Below, piece by piece: positions 1-7,570 of a DNA stretch of 29,494 nucleotides. The notes beneath the pieces are model-generated. The model had not been told where the DNA came from, ran no database searches, and saw nothing but the letters and a program-made list of their open reading frames with translations. Origin of the DNA: a virus (lineage: Duplodnaviria > Heunggongvirae > Uroviricota > Caudoviricetes); IMG/VR virus record IMGVR_UViG_3300014922_000089, one strand, 5' to 3'. A program made the position numbers and the translations under genes. Numbering within the stretch: the first letter of the stretch is position 1; each line of letters starts with the position of its first letter.

Positions 1-66
1 ATGATCATGCCATTATTATATTTAAACACTAGAGAGTGTCGTTGGTATTTAATGGGGGAAGGTGAG

Positions 67-384
67 ATGAAAAAGATAGCTGCTATATCATTAACTAGTA
101 TTTTTCTTATATCTGGTTGTGCTGTGCATAATGATGAGACAAGTATCGGTAAATTTGGTCTTGCATATAAAAGTAATATTCAGCGTAAACTCGATAACCA
201 ATACTACACCGAAGCCGAAGCTTCTTTAGCCAGGGGTAGAATATCTGGTGCAGAAAATATAGTAAAAAATGATGCAACTCATTTCTGTGTTACTCAGGGC
301 AAAAAAATGCAAATAGTTGAGCTGAAGACAGAAGGTGTAGGATTACATGGTGTCGCTCGTCTGACATTCAAATGTGGAGAGTGA
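67..384 (+). CDS. yegR: Small lipoprotein, YegR-like (105 aa), host flank
   Basis: ATG at 67 preceded by SD-like GGTGAG. N-terminus MKKIAAISLTSIFLISGC has a signal peptide plus lipobox (LISGC). Lies outside the att repeat. The yegR name is from recall of the K-12 yegQ-ogrK-yegR neighbourhood and is not verified. Confidence 0.55.
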   Translation: MKKIAAISLTSIFLISGCAVHNDETSIGKFGLAYKSNIQRKLDNQYYTEAEASLARGRISGAENIVKNDATHFCVTQGKKMQIVELKTEGVGLHGVARLTFKCGE

Positions 385-543
385 GAATATTTTTTGGTAA
401 GCGTCAAATATGCGCGTTCTGGCTGTGCGTAGCCGGAACCTGTGGGAGCACGATGCCGATAAGTGAAAGGCATCGTGCTATGAAGGAGGATTCTATCGAT
501 GTGGTCAATGGAAGACGGTTACCAGAGATAGGGCTTATGCATA

Positions 544-571
544 AAAAAATAAGCCCGTGTAAGGGAGATTA
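544..571. repeat. attL core (direct repeat AAAAAATAAGCCCGTGTAAGGGAGATTA)
   Basis: Exact 28-nt copy also at 27962-27989. Matches the P2 att core as recalled. Sits just downstream of the int 3' end. Confidence 0.8.
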
Positions 572-648
572 GGGTGTCACCAGTAGGGGCTTTCAACGGT
601 ACAATGCGGGTTTGAGCGGCATAAATTACCACTGAAAGCCCTTAAACG

Positions 649-1662
649 TTACTCTACTGTGGACACTGTGTGGACACACTCGACCTCAGTACCACCTCTT
701 AGCGGATTAAGAGAAATGGCGTCCTGAAGGTACTCTGGCGCAAAATGAGCGTAAACCATAGTTTGCTCAATCCGCGTGTGACCTAGTATCCGTTGTAGCG
801 TGATAATACTTCCTCCATTAATCATGAAATGAGTGGCAAAGCTGTGCCTTAGTGCATGTGTAGCTTGCCCCATTGGCAAATCCGGTTTTATTGCTTTCAT
901 TGTTCGTCTGAAGCGAGGGTAATCAGCATCAGGGAATAAAAAACCTCGTTTGTTATCCGCGATCATTTTGGCAACAGCCTCTGAGATCGGGACGGTGCGT
1001 GGTTTGTTTGTTTTCGTTTTAACAAACGTGACGCGGTTATGGATGATATTTTCTGCTTTCAAACGAGCTGCTTCTCCCCAACGTGCTCCAGTACTCAGGC
1101 AAAGAATCGCAATCTTTTTGTTGTCGCCGTCAAGAGCAGCAAGCAGTAAGGCAATTTCTTCCTGCGTGAGATAGCCTGTGTCTGGTTTTTCCTCCTTAAG
1201 CCTTTTTGTCCCTCTGATAGGGTGCTCACCAAAGAATAACTCCGCTTCAATCAGGGCTGTAAACATGCCGCTAATACATGTTAAATCACGATTGATACTC
1301 GAAGGTTTAATACCCTGACTTCTTCGGGTGGCGCAGTACTGGCTGATAAGCGATTTCGTAATTTGAAATGCGCATGGGTCATTCGTTATTTTTGTGAAGA
1401 TTTCAATTTTTCCAAGATTAGATTTCCCATGCTCTTCGTGTTTACCCTTTAAATCCCACCAGATCTGTGTCAGCTCCGACAGACGTCGCTTGTCTGTTGG
1501 TTTTGATAGCCATTCTTTATTGTGGTGGTTGTACAACGTGTATTTCGCGAAAGCGACAGCTTCGCTTTTCTTATCAAACTTCCTACGGATGCGTTTTCCA
1601 TTACGTCCAGTAGGGCGGATGTCCACTTCATATCGACCATCATCGAGTTTTTTGATTGCCAT
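649..1662 (-). CDS. int: Tyrosine integrase (P2 Int-like, 337 aa)
   Basis: 337 aa, the same length as P2 Int. C-terminal catalytic region shows HxxR (HALRHSFATHF) and a ...LGH...VYAH tyrosine motif. Adjacent to attL. Confidence 0.93.
   Translation of the reverse strand: MAIKKLDDGRYEVDIRPTGRNGKRIRRKFDKKSEAVAFAKYTLYNHHNKEWLSKPTDKRRLSELTQIWWDLKGKHEEHGKSNLGKIEIFTKITNDPCAFQITKSLISQYCATRRSQGIKPSSINRDLTCISGMFTALIEAELFFGEHPIRGTKRLKEEKPDTGYLTQEEIALLLAALDGDNKKIAILCLSTGARWGEAARLKAENIIHNRVTFVKTKTNKPRTVPISEAVAKMIADNKRGFLFPDADYPRFRRTMKAIKPDLPMGQATHALRHSFATHFMINGGSIITLQRILGHTRIEQTMVYAHFAPEYLQDAISLNPLRGGTEVECVHTVSTVE
660..680. promoter_or_regulatory. Tandem TGTGGACAC repeats (candidate Int arm-type binding sites, P' arm)
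   Basis: TGTGGACAC-TG-TGTGGACAC direct repeat inside the int 3' end, close to the att core. A similar TGTGGnC pair occurs in the P arm at 27903-27921. Confidence 0.4.
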
Positions 1663-1777
1663 CAGAAAACCCTCCGAGTGGTGTGTTTTTTTGCGACTAC
1701 TAATCGCTTTTTTCGTGGTGGCTGAAATTTAGCCACCAATAGTAGGCACTTGTGATGAATATATTCACGATGAATTG

Positions 1778-2077
1778 TTAACCAGTCTTTTGACCGGAGT
1801 GGGGCGACGTTGTTTCGTTTTGCCCAAAGTGTGCGAGAGCGGGCGCAATTTGCCCGGACTCAGGAGCGATCTGATTGGTCATGAACCATAAAGTGTATTT
1901 GGTGAATTGTGGGGTCTGCAGGATGTTCATCATGACATCTGTTGGAGGTGTTGAACGACCACTTTCATAGTAACTCAGCGTGCCATACGGAACCCCTGTT
2001 AAATCAGCAAGTTGTTGTCTGCTCAAATACTCTGATTTTCGCATTAAGACTATCTTCTCGCTTATCGTGTTTGACAT
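1778..2077 (-). CDS. C: Immunity repressor C (99 aa, HTH)
   Basis: 99 aa, as P2 C. HTH-like segment LSRQQLADLTGVPYGTLSYYESG. Divergent from cox. Confidence 0.85.
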   Translation of the reverse strand: MSNTISEKIVLMRKSEYLSRQQLADLTGVPYGTLSYYESGRSTPPTDVMMNILQTPQFTKYTLWFMTNQIAPESGQIAPALAHFGQNETTSPHSGQKTG

Positions 2078-2191
2078 GGTGTTTAGATCTCAATAGTATT
2101 TAGTTTAGATGTAGATTGTTTAGTGCTTGGATGTGGGCACTAAAAGGCATTATAAGACATTAAACGCAATTCATGAGGGCTAGAGGACGAC
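2078..2191. promoter_or_regulatory. C/cox divergent promoter-operator switch region (Pc/Pe) with direct repeats
   Basis: GTTTAGAT occurs at 2086-2093 and 2109-2116 (23 bp apart), with further TTTAG repeats to 2133. Lies between the divergent C and cox starts. Confidence 0.5.
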
Positions 2192-2467
2192 ATGAGCAAG
2201 CAAGTAACACTCATGACTGATGCGATTCCTTATCAGGAGTTCGCAAAACTAATAGGAAAATCGACAGGAGCGGTTCGTCGGATGATCGATAAAGGAAAGC
2301 TGCCTGTAATTGATATGACCGATCCACAATCAGCTTCAGGTCGTGCAGGTGAATATTGGGTATACCTTCCGGCATGGAATAACGGACTAAAACTGGCTTA
2401 TGAAAGCCGCCCTAAAGAGATTCGTGACGGCTGGTTGATGTGGTTAGGTCTCGGTGAACCACGTTAA
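2192..2467 (+). CDS. cox: Cox (excisionase / early-promoter regulator, 91 aa)
   Basis: 91 aa, as P2 Cox. First gene of the rightward early operon, opposite C. Confidence 0.8.
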   Translation: MSKQVTLMTDAIPYQEFAKLIGKSTGAVRRMIDKGKLPVIDMTDPQSASGRAGEYWVYLPAWNNGLKLAYESRPKEIRDGWLMWLGLGEPR

Positions 2468-2477
2468 GGAGAACCGT

Positions 2478-2648
2478 ATGAATGAGCCTCGTTGTATTGC
2501 TCAGTTACTGCGTAACGAAAGCTCCAGGGCGATTGACTTCACCATCACCCACGGTAAGGGGCGTAAGGGAATCATTATCCGCACCAAAAAACAGAGTCCG
2601 TTAAAAAAGGCTCTGACCTTTCTGAAAAGCCGGAGGGTATGGAAATGA
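2478..2648 (+). CDS. Small early protein (P2 orf78 position), 56 aa
   Basis: ATG at 2478 with upstream AAGGAG SD. Position between cox and B. Confidence 0.5.
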   Translation: MNEPRCIAQLLRNESSRAIDFTITHGKGRKGIIIRTKKQSPLKKALTFLKSRRVWK

Positions 2649-3145
2649 CAGTGATGACGCTCAATCTCGTTGAAAAACAGCCAGCAGCTATGCGCCGGAT
2701 AATTGGCAAGCATCTTGCCGTCCCTCGCTGGCAGGATACATGTGATTATTATAATCAGATGATGGAGCGCGAACGGCTAACGGTTTGCTTTCATGCACAG
2801 TTAAAACAGCGTCACGCAACGATGCGTTTTGAAGAAATGAACGACGTCGAACGTGAACGACTGGTTTGTGCAATTGATGAATTGCGTGGCGCATTCTCAA
2901 AACGCCGTCAGGTTGGTGCAAGTGAGTATGCATATATTAGTTTTTTAACAGTCAGTCAGCGTCGCACTTTATTTATGCACGCACGACTGACTGAAAAAGA
3001 ATTCAACCAGCCATACTGGCGAATTAATGAAGAATCATGTTACTGGCGTGATGCTTTGTTCCGTGCATTACGTGAATTATTCAGCCTGTTTGAGTATGCA
3101 CCGACAATTCTGACGTCGGTAAAACCAGAGCAATATCTGCATTAA
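2645..3145 (+). CDS. B: Replication protein B (166 aa)
   Basis: 166 aa from the ATG at 2645, matching P2 B length and position. Confidence 0.7.
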   Translation: MTVMTLNLVEKQPAAMRRIIGKHLAVPRWQDTCDYYNQMMERERLTVCFHAQLKQRHATMRFEEMNDVERERLVCAIDELRGAFSKRRQVGASEYAYISFLTVSQRRTLFMHARLTEKEFNQPYWRINEESCYWRDALFRALRELFSLFEYAPTILTSVKPEQYLH

Positions 3146-3208
3146 ATAATTAACCAGAGTTTTTAACGCACTTAATCGTGCGGGGCTTCTTTTTGCCTGG
3201 AGAAAGTC

Positions 3209-3433
3209 ATGCATACAGTTTCTGAAAATCAGTGCGGTATATACGCATTACTGCTGCAACAGGCCAGAACCGAAGCACAGGCCGACGCTGCGACGCGCTT
3301 TTCTTCTCATCTTGACGCCATGATTCTCCACATCACAAAGGCGGAGTTATCCCGCGTGGAGATAGTCGAGCTGCTCAGTCAGGAGTCGGAAAAATTTCAC
3401 AATATCGGATTGTCTCGCGGGGAGGTGCTTTGA
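3209..3433 (+). CDS. Hypothetical early protein (P2 orf80 position), 74 aa
   Basis: Position and size. Stop overlaps the next start (ATGA at 3430). Confidence 0.5.
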   Translation: MHTVSENQCGIYALLLQQARTEAQADAATRFSSHLDAMILHITKAELSRVEIVELLSQESEKFHNIGLSRGEVL

Positions 3434-3735
3434 TGTCCTGTTCTCGTTCAATTGTATTACTGAATAACGCCTTAAAAATCGCCGTTATGGAAAATGGCGA
3501 TTTGTCTCTTATTCAACTTGGTCTTGATAAAGAAAAGCGCGACATAACTGAATCTGTTATCGCGATTTATCAGAGCGAATTAAACCTCCTGTCTGATGTG
3601 ATCAATTTACTTGTGAAACGCGCTGTATTTCACAAGCAAATTTCCTCAGTGGATGAACTGACAAAATTAACGACAGAACTCGCCAGCTATTGCGCTGATG
3701 AATTTAAGAAACTGAACGACAAAAGGAACTGGTAA
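3430..3735 (+). CDS. Hypothetical early protein (P2 orf81 position), 101 aa
   Basis: Translationally coupled to its neighbours (overlapping stop/start). Confidence 0.5.
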   Translation: MMSCSRSIVLLNNALKIAVMENGDLSLIQLGLDKEKRDITESVIAIYQSELNLLSDVINLLVKRAVFHKQISSVDELTKLTTELASYCADEFKKLNDKRNW

Positions 3736-3959
3736 TGCCGGACAACGTAGATTTCATTCAGGAACAACAGGCTGAATTACTGGAGCGCCAGATTAACGCG
3801 GCAAGGGTAAAACATTGCTGTGCTTCTGCGCTGGTTTGCGAAGAGTGTGATGCGCCAATACCTGCTGCCCGTCGTGCGGCTTATCCGTCAGCCACGCGTT
3901 GTGTTTCCTGCCAGTCAGTCTTTGAAGCAAAAAACAAGCATTACCGGAGAATGGCATGA
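3735..3959 (+). CDS. TraR/DksA-type C4 zinc-finger protein (P2 orf82 position), 74 aa
   Basis: CxxC...CxxC arrangement (CEECD ... CVSCQ) characteristic of the DksA/TraR zinc finger. Confidence 0.6.
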   Translation: MPDNVDFIQEQQAELLERQINAARVKHCCASALVCEECDAPIPAARRAAYPSATRCVSCQSVFEAKNKHYRRMA

Positions 3960-4231
3960 GTATTCGTATCGAAATTGGCGAACGTTATGTCGTTACCAGT
4001 GACAGCTTTCAGTTTATTCTCCACGAGAAAAAGAGAGCGGAAAGCGGTAAAAACGCCGGTCAGGAATGGCTGTCGGTGGTTGGTTATTACCCGAAATTAA
4101 GCCAGCTCGTTTCCGGCCTGATGCATCACGATATTCTGACCGGAAGCGCAAAGTCTTTTGCTGATTTAAACGCGCAGGTTGAGCAACTCAGCAAGCGTTG
4201 TTCAGAGGCTTTTGGCTCATATGGCCGTTAA
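3956..4231 (+). CDS. Hypothetical early protein (P2 orf83 position), 91 aa
   Basis: Position and size. 3' end overlaps the A start. Confidence 0.5.
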   Translation: MSIRIEIGERYVVTSDSFQFILHEKKRAESGKNAGQEWLSVVGYYPKLSQLVSGLMHHDILTGSAKSFADLNAQVEQLSKRCSEAFGSYGR

Positions 4232-6497
4232 AGCCTCCGGGCGTTTTGTCCCTCCGTCAGCATTTGCCGCAGGCACCGGTAAGGCGTTTACCGGTGCTTA
4301 TGCATGGAACGCGCCACGCGAGGCTGTCGGGCGCGAAAGACCCCTTACACGTGACGAGATGCGTCAGGTGCAAGGTGTTTTATCCACGATTAACCGCCTG
4401 CCTTACTTTTTGCGCTCGCTGTTTACTTCACGCTATGACTACATCCGGCGCAATAAAAGCCCGGTACACGGGTTTTATTTCCTCACATCCACTTTTCAGC
4501 GTCGTTTATGGCCGCGCATTGAGCGTGTGAATCAGCGCCATGAAATGAACACCGACGCGTCGTTGCTGTTTCTGGCAGAGCGTGACCATTATGCGCGTCT
4601 GCCGGGGATGAATGACAAGGAGCTGAAAAAGTTTGCCGCCCGTATCTCATCGCAGCTTTTCATGATGTATGAGGAACTCTGCGATGCCTGGGTGGATGCG
4701 CATGGCGAAAAAGAATCGCTGTTTACGGATGAGGCGCAGGCGCATCTGTATGGTCATGTTGCTGGCGCTGCACGTGCTTTCAATATTTCCCCGCTTTACT
4801 GGAAAAAATACCGTAAAGGGCAGATGACCACGAGGCAGGCATATTCTGCCATTGCCCGCCTGTTTAACGATGAGTGGTGGACTCATCAGCTTAAAGGCCA
4901 GCGTATGCGCTGGCATGAGGCGTTACTGATTGCTGTCGGGGAGGTCAATAAAGACCGTTCTCCTTATGCCAGTAAACATGCCATTCGTGATGTGCGTGCG
5001 CGCCGCCAGGCAAATCTGGAATTTCTTAAATCGTGTGACCTTGAAAACAAGGAAACCGGCGAGCGCATCGACCTTATCAGTAAGGTGATGGGCAGTATTT
5101 CTAATCCAGAAATTCGCCGGATGGAGCTGATGAACACCATCGCCGGTATTGAGCGTTACGCCGCCGCAGAGGGTGATGGGGGGATGTTTATCACGCTGAC
5201 CGCGCCGTCAAAGTATCACCCGACACGTCAGGTCGGAAAAGGCGAAAGTAAAACCGTTCAGCTTAATCACGGCTGGAACGATGAGGCATTTAATCCAAAG
5301 GATGCGCAGCGTTATCTCTGCCGCATCTGGAGCCTGATGCGCACGGCATTCAAGGATAATGATTTACAGGTCTACGGTTTGCGAGTCGTCGAGCCACACC
5401 ACGACGGAACGCCGCACTGGCATATGATGCTTTTTTGTAATCCACGCCAGCGTAACCAGATTATCGAAATCATGCGTCGCTATGCGCTCAAAGAGGATGG
5501 CGACGAAAGAGGAGCCGCGCGAAACCGTTTTCAGGCAAAACACCTTAACCGGGGCGGTGCTGCGGGATATATCGCGAAATACATTTCAAAAAATATCGAC
5601 GGCTATGCACTGGATGGTCAGCTCGATAACGATACCGGCAGACCGCTGAAAGATACTGCGGCGGCTGTTACCGCATGGGCGTCAACGTGGCGCATCCCGC
5701 AATTTAAAACGGTTGGCCTGCCGACAATGGGAGCTTACCGTGAGCTACGTAAATTGCCTCGCGGCGTCAGCATTGCTGATGAATTTGACGAACGCGTGGA
5801 GGCTGCACGCGCCGCCGCAGACAGTGGCGATTTTGCGCTGTATATCAGCGCGCAGGGCGGGGCAAATGTCCCGCGCGATTGTCAGACTGTCAGGGTCGCC
5901 CGTAGCCCGTCGGATGACGTTAACGAGTACGAGGAAGAAGTCGAGAGAGTGGTCGGCATTTACGCGCCGCATCTCGGCGCGCGTCATATTCATATCACCA
6001 GAACCACGGACTGGCGCATTGTTCCGAAAGTTCCGGTCGTTGAGCCTTTGACTTTAAAAAGCGGCATCGCCGCGCCTCGGAGTCCTGTCAATAACTGTGG
6101 AAAGCTCACCGGTGGTGATACTTCGTTACCGGCTCCCACACCTTCTGAGCACGCCGCAGCAGTGCTTAATCTGGTTGATGACGGTGTTATCGAATGGAAT
6201 GACCCGGAGGTCGTGAGGGCGCTCAGGGGCACATTAAAACACGACCGGAGAACGCCAAACCGTCAGCAAAGAAACGGAAGCCCGTTAAAACCGCATGAAA
6301 TTGCACCATCGGCCAGACTGACCCGGTCGGAACGATTGCAAATTACCCGTATCCGCGTTGATCTCGCTCAGAACGGTATCAGGCCGCAACGATGGGAGCT
6401 TGAGGCGCTGGCGCGTGGCGCGACCGTAAATTATGACGGGAAACCTTTCACTTATCAGGTCGCTGATGATTGGCCGGGATTTTTGTTACCCATTTGA
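4221..6497 (+). CDS. A: Replication initiation protein A (rolling-circle HUH endonuclease)
   Basis: Starts MAVKASGRFVPP at the ATG at 4221 (the track starts earlier at TTG). HUH-like motif HHDGTPHWHMMLF and paired active-site tyrosines in GYIAKYISKN. About 758 aa. Confidence 0.9.
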   Translation: MAVKASGRFVPPSAFAAGTGKAFTGAYAWNAPREAVGRERPLTRDEMRQVQGVLSTINRLPYFLRSLFTSRYDYIRRNKSPVHGFYFLTSTFQRRLWPRIERVNQRHEMNTDASLLFLAERDHYARLPGMNDKELKKFAARISSQLFMMYEELCDAWVDAHGEKESLFTDEAQAHLYGHVAGAARAFNISPLYWKKYRKGQMTTRQAYSAIARLFNDEWWTHQLKGQRMRWHEALLIAVGEVNKDRSPYASKHAIRDVRARRQANLEFLKSCDLENKETGERIDLISKVMGSISNPEIRRMELMNTIAGIERYAAAEGDGGMFITLTAPSKYHPTRQVGKGESKTVQLNHGWNDEAFNPKDAQRYLCRIWSLMRTAFKDNDLQVYGLRVVEPHHDGTPHWHMMLFCNPRQRNQIIEIMRRYALKEDGDERGAARNRFQAKHLNRGGAAGYIAKYISKNIDGYALDGQLDNDTGRPLKDTAAAVTAWASTWRIPQFKTVGLPTMGAYRELRKLPRGVSIADEFDERVEAARAAADSGDFALYISAQGGANVPRDCQTVRVARSPSDDVNEYEEEVERVVGIYAPHLGARHIHITRTTDWRIVPKVPVVEPLTLKSGIAAPRSPVNNCGKLTGGDTSLPAPTPSEHAAAVLNLVDDGVIEWNDPEVVRALRGTLKHDRRTPNRQQRNGSPLKPHEIAPSARLTRSERLQITRIRVDLAQNGIRPQRWELEALARGATVNYDGKPFTYQVADDWPGFLLPI

Positions 6498-6757
6498 GTA
6501 AAAACACAACGTGATTTGATATGGCATTGAATGGCTTATGCGGAGCAGTTATGGGGCAGCAGAAGGTCAATAGCATGCTGAATTAGAAGGCTAAATGCTA
6601 TTGAGTGACTAGCATGTCGGTAAGGACAGCCGTTTGATCCTGGTCATAAAAGGCCATCCATTTAGTCTAATAAAATCATTGCGGGTAACCTTATGTCGAC
6701 GCATAATTCGTCTTGAGCGAAGTCTTGTCAGTCTTTCATCGTATTGATGATGGGCGC

Positions 6758-6787
6758 AAAAAAACCACCCTGGCAGGTGGTTTTTTT
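6758..6787. terminator. Bidirectional rho-independent terminator
   Basis: AAAAAAACCACC-CTGGCA-GGTGGTTTTTTT: a GC stem flanked by an A-run and a T-run, so it works on both strands. Downstream of A (+) and of the small minus-strand ORF. Confidence 0.6.
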
Positions 6788-6799
6788 GTTTGAAGCATA

Positions 6800-6913
6800 T
6801 TAAAGCATAATGCTGACATTGATATTACTGACGTTTACTGACAAACCACTCGGACTACCGTTTGGATAGCCAAAGAGGGCCAGAACGAGAATGCAGTAAT
6901 AGCATTTCTTCAT
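6800..6913 (-). CDS. Small hydrophobic protein (37 aa), hypothetical
   Basis: ATG at 6913 preceded by a perfect AGGAGG SD at the correct spacing. Product MKKCYYCILVLALFGYPNG... Terminator immediately downstream. The longer 88-aa track ORF has no RBS. Confidence 0.35.
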   Translation of the reverse strand: MKKCYYCILVLALFGYPNGSPSGLSVNVSNINVSIML

Positions 6914-7391
6914 ATTGCCTCCTGTAAGTAGAGGGCAACTTCCACCGGTATATGCGCTTCTTAGGTGGAATGACTTTTGAGCGAAGTCTTGCCCTGAAAT
7001 AATGCTCTGTTTAAACGCAAAGTGATTTGGCATATCACCGAACAGAGAGCCGGAAAAACACAACATATAGTATGTCGTTGTTTCTAGACATACATTCTAT
7101 GTTGTGTAACAAGGGCTTTGCATTAAACATGTTTGAGATTTTATTGATGTAGCTCAAAGTAAAAAACAGAGACTACGGATGATAAGGTCTTGAAAGCAAT
7201 GTAAATTTTTTAAAGTTGCCAATTGCTTAAAAATGTACAGTTGCGGTATGGCGTACTTAAAAAGCTATGCATGCAACAAGTGAATGTTTTTGCATGCGTT
7301 GGGGATGTCCGTTCAGGCTGCGTGCGGTCAGGACTGGTGCGGATCCATAGTATCTATGCAACTGCATTAAAACCGCCCCGTGAAACGGGCG

Positions 7392-7410
7392 GGCGAGGCG
7401 GGGAAAGCAC
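7392..7410. other. cos site (19-nt cohesive-end sequence GGCGAGGCGGGGAAAGCAC)
   Basis: Exact match to the P2 cohesive-end sequence as recalled. Correct side and orientation relative to Q. Confidence 0.5.
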
Positions 7411-7424
7411 TGCGCGCAAAATGT

Positions 7425-7570
7425 TCTTGAAATATTTGTGACATAAGCTAAGACACAAAATGATTGAAGGGCAGAGCAAATCCTACAGTCCTATGCTATT
7501 GTCTCATGTAATGTAGATAAGTTGAAAATTATCTTAAAATATAAGAGTAAAGACATTAAAAGGATTGGTT
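7425..7570 (+). promoter_or_regulatory. AT-rich putative promoter / 5' UTR of the cargo gene
   Basis: Abrupt shift to AT-rich sequence right after cos. TTGAAA and TATAAG-like hexamers present. AAAGGA SD 8 nt upstream of the ATG at 7571. No confident -35/-10 pair resolved. Confidence 0.3.

Noticed and set aside
372-572. 66-aa ORF spanning the yegR-attL intergenic region
   Set aside because: It overlaps the att core and an inverted repeat, has no RBS and no recognisable product. More likely non-coding attB-flanking sequence.
6800-7066. Full 88-aa version of the minus-strand ORF
   Set aside because: Only the distal 37 codons are preceded by a strong SD. The upstream 51 codons cross one copy of the 15-nt direct repeat and have no start signal.
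6498-7390. Tin/Old homologues downstream of A
   Set aside because: The interval is only about 0.9 kb and contains no long ORF. No Walker A or TOPRIM-containing protein is present, so tin/old are absent and not merely diverged.
7223-7441. 72-aa ORF overlapping the cos site
   Set aside because: It crosses the cohesive-end sequence and would be cut in the linear phage genome. No SD, and Gly/Arg-rich junk composition.
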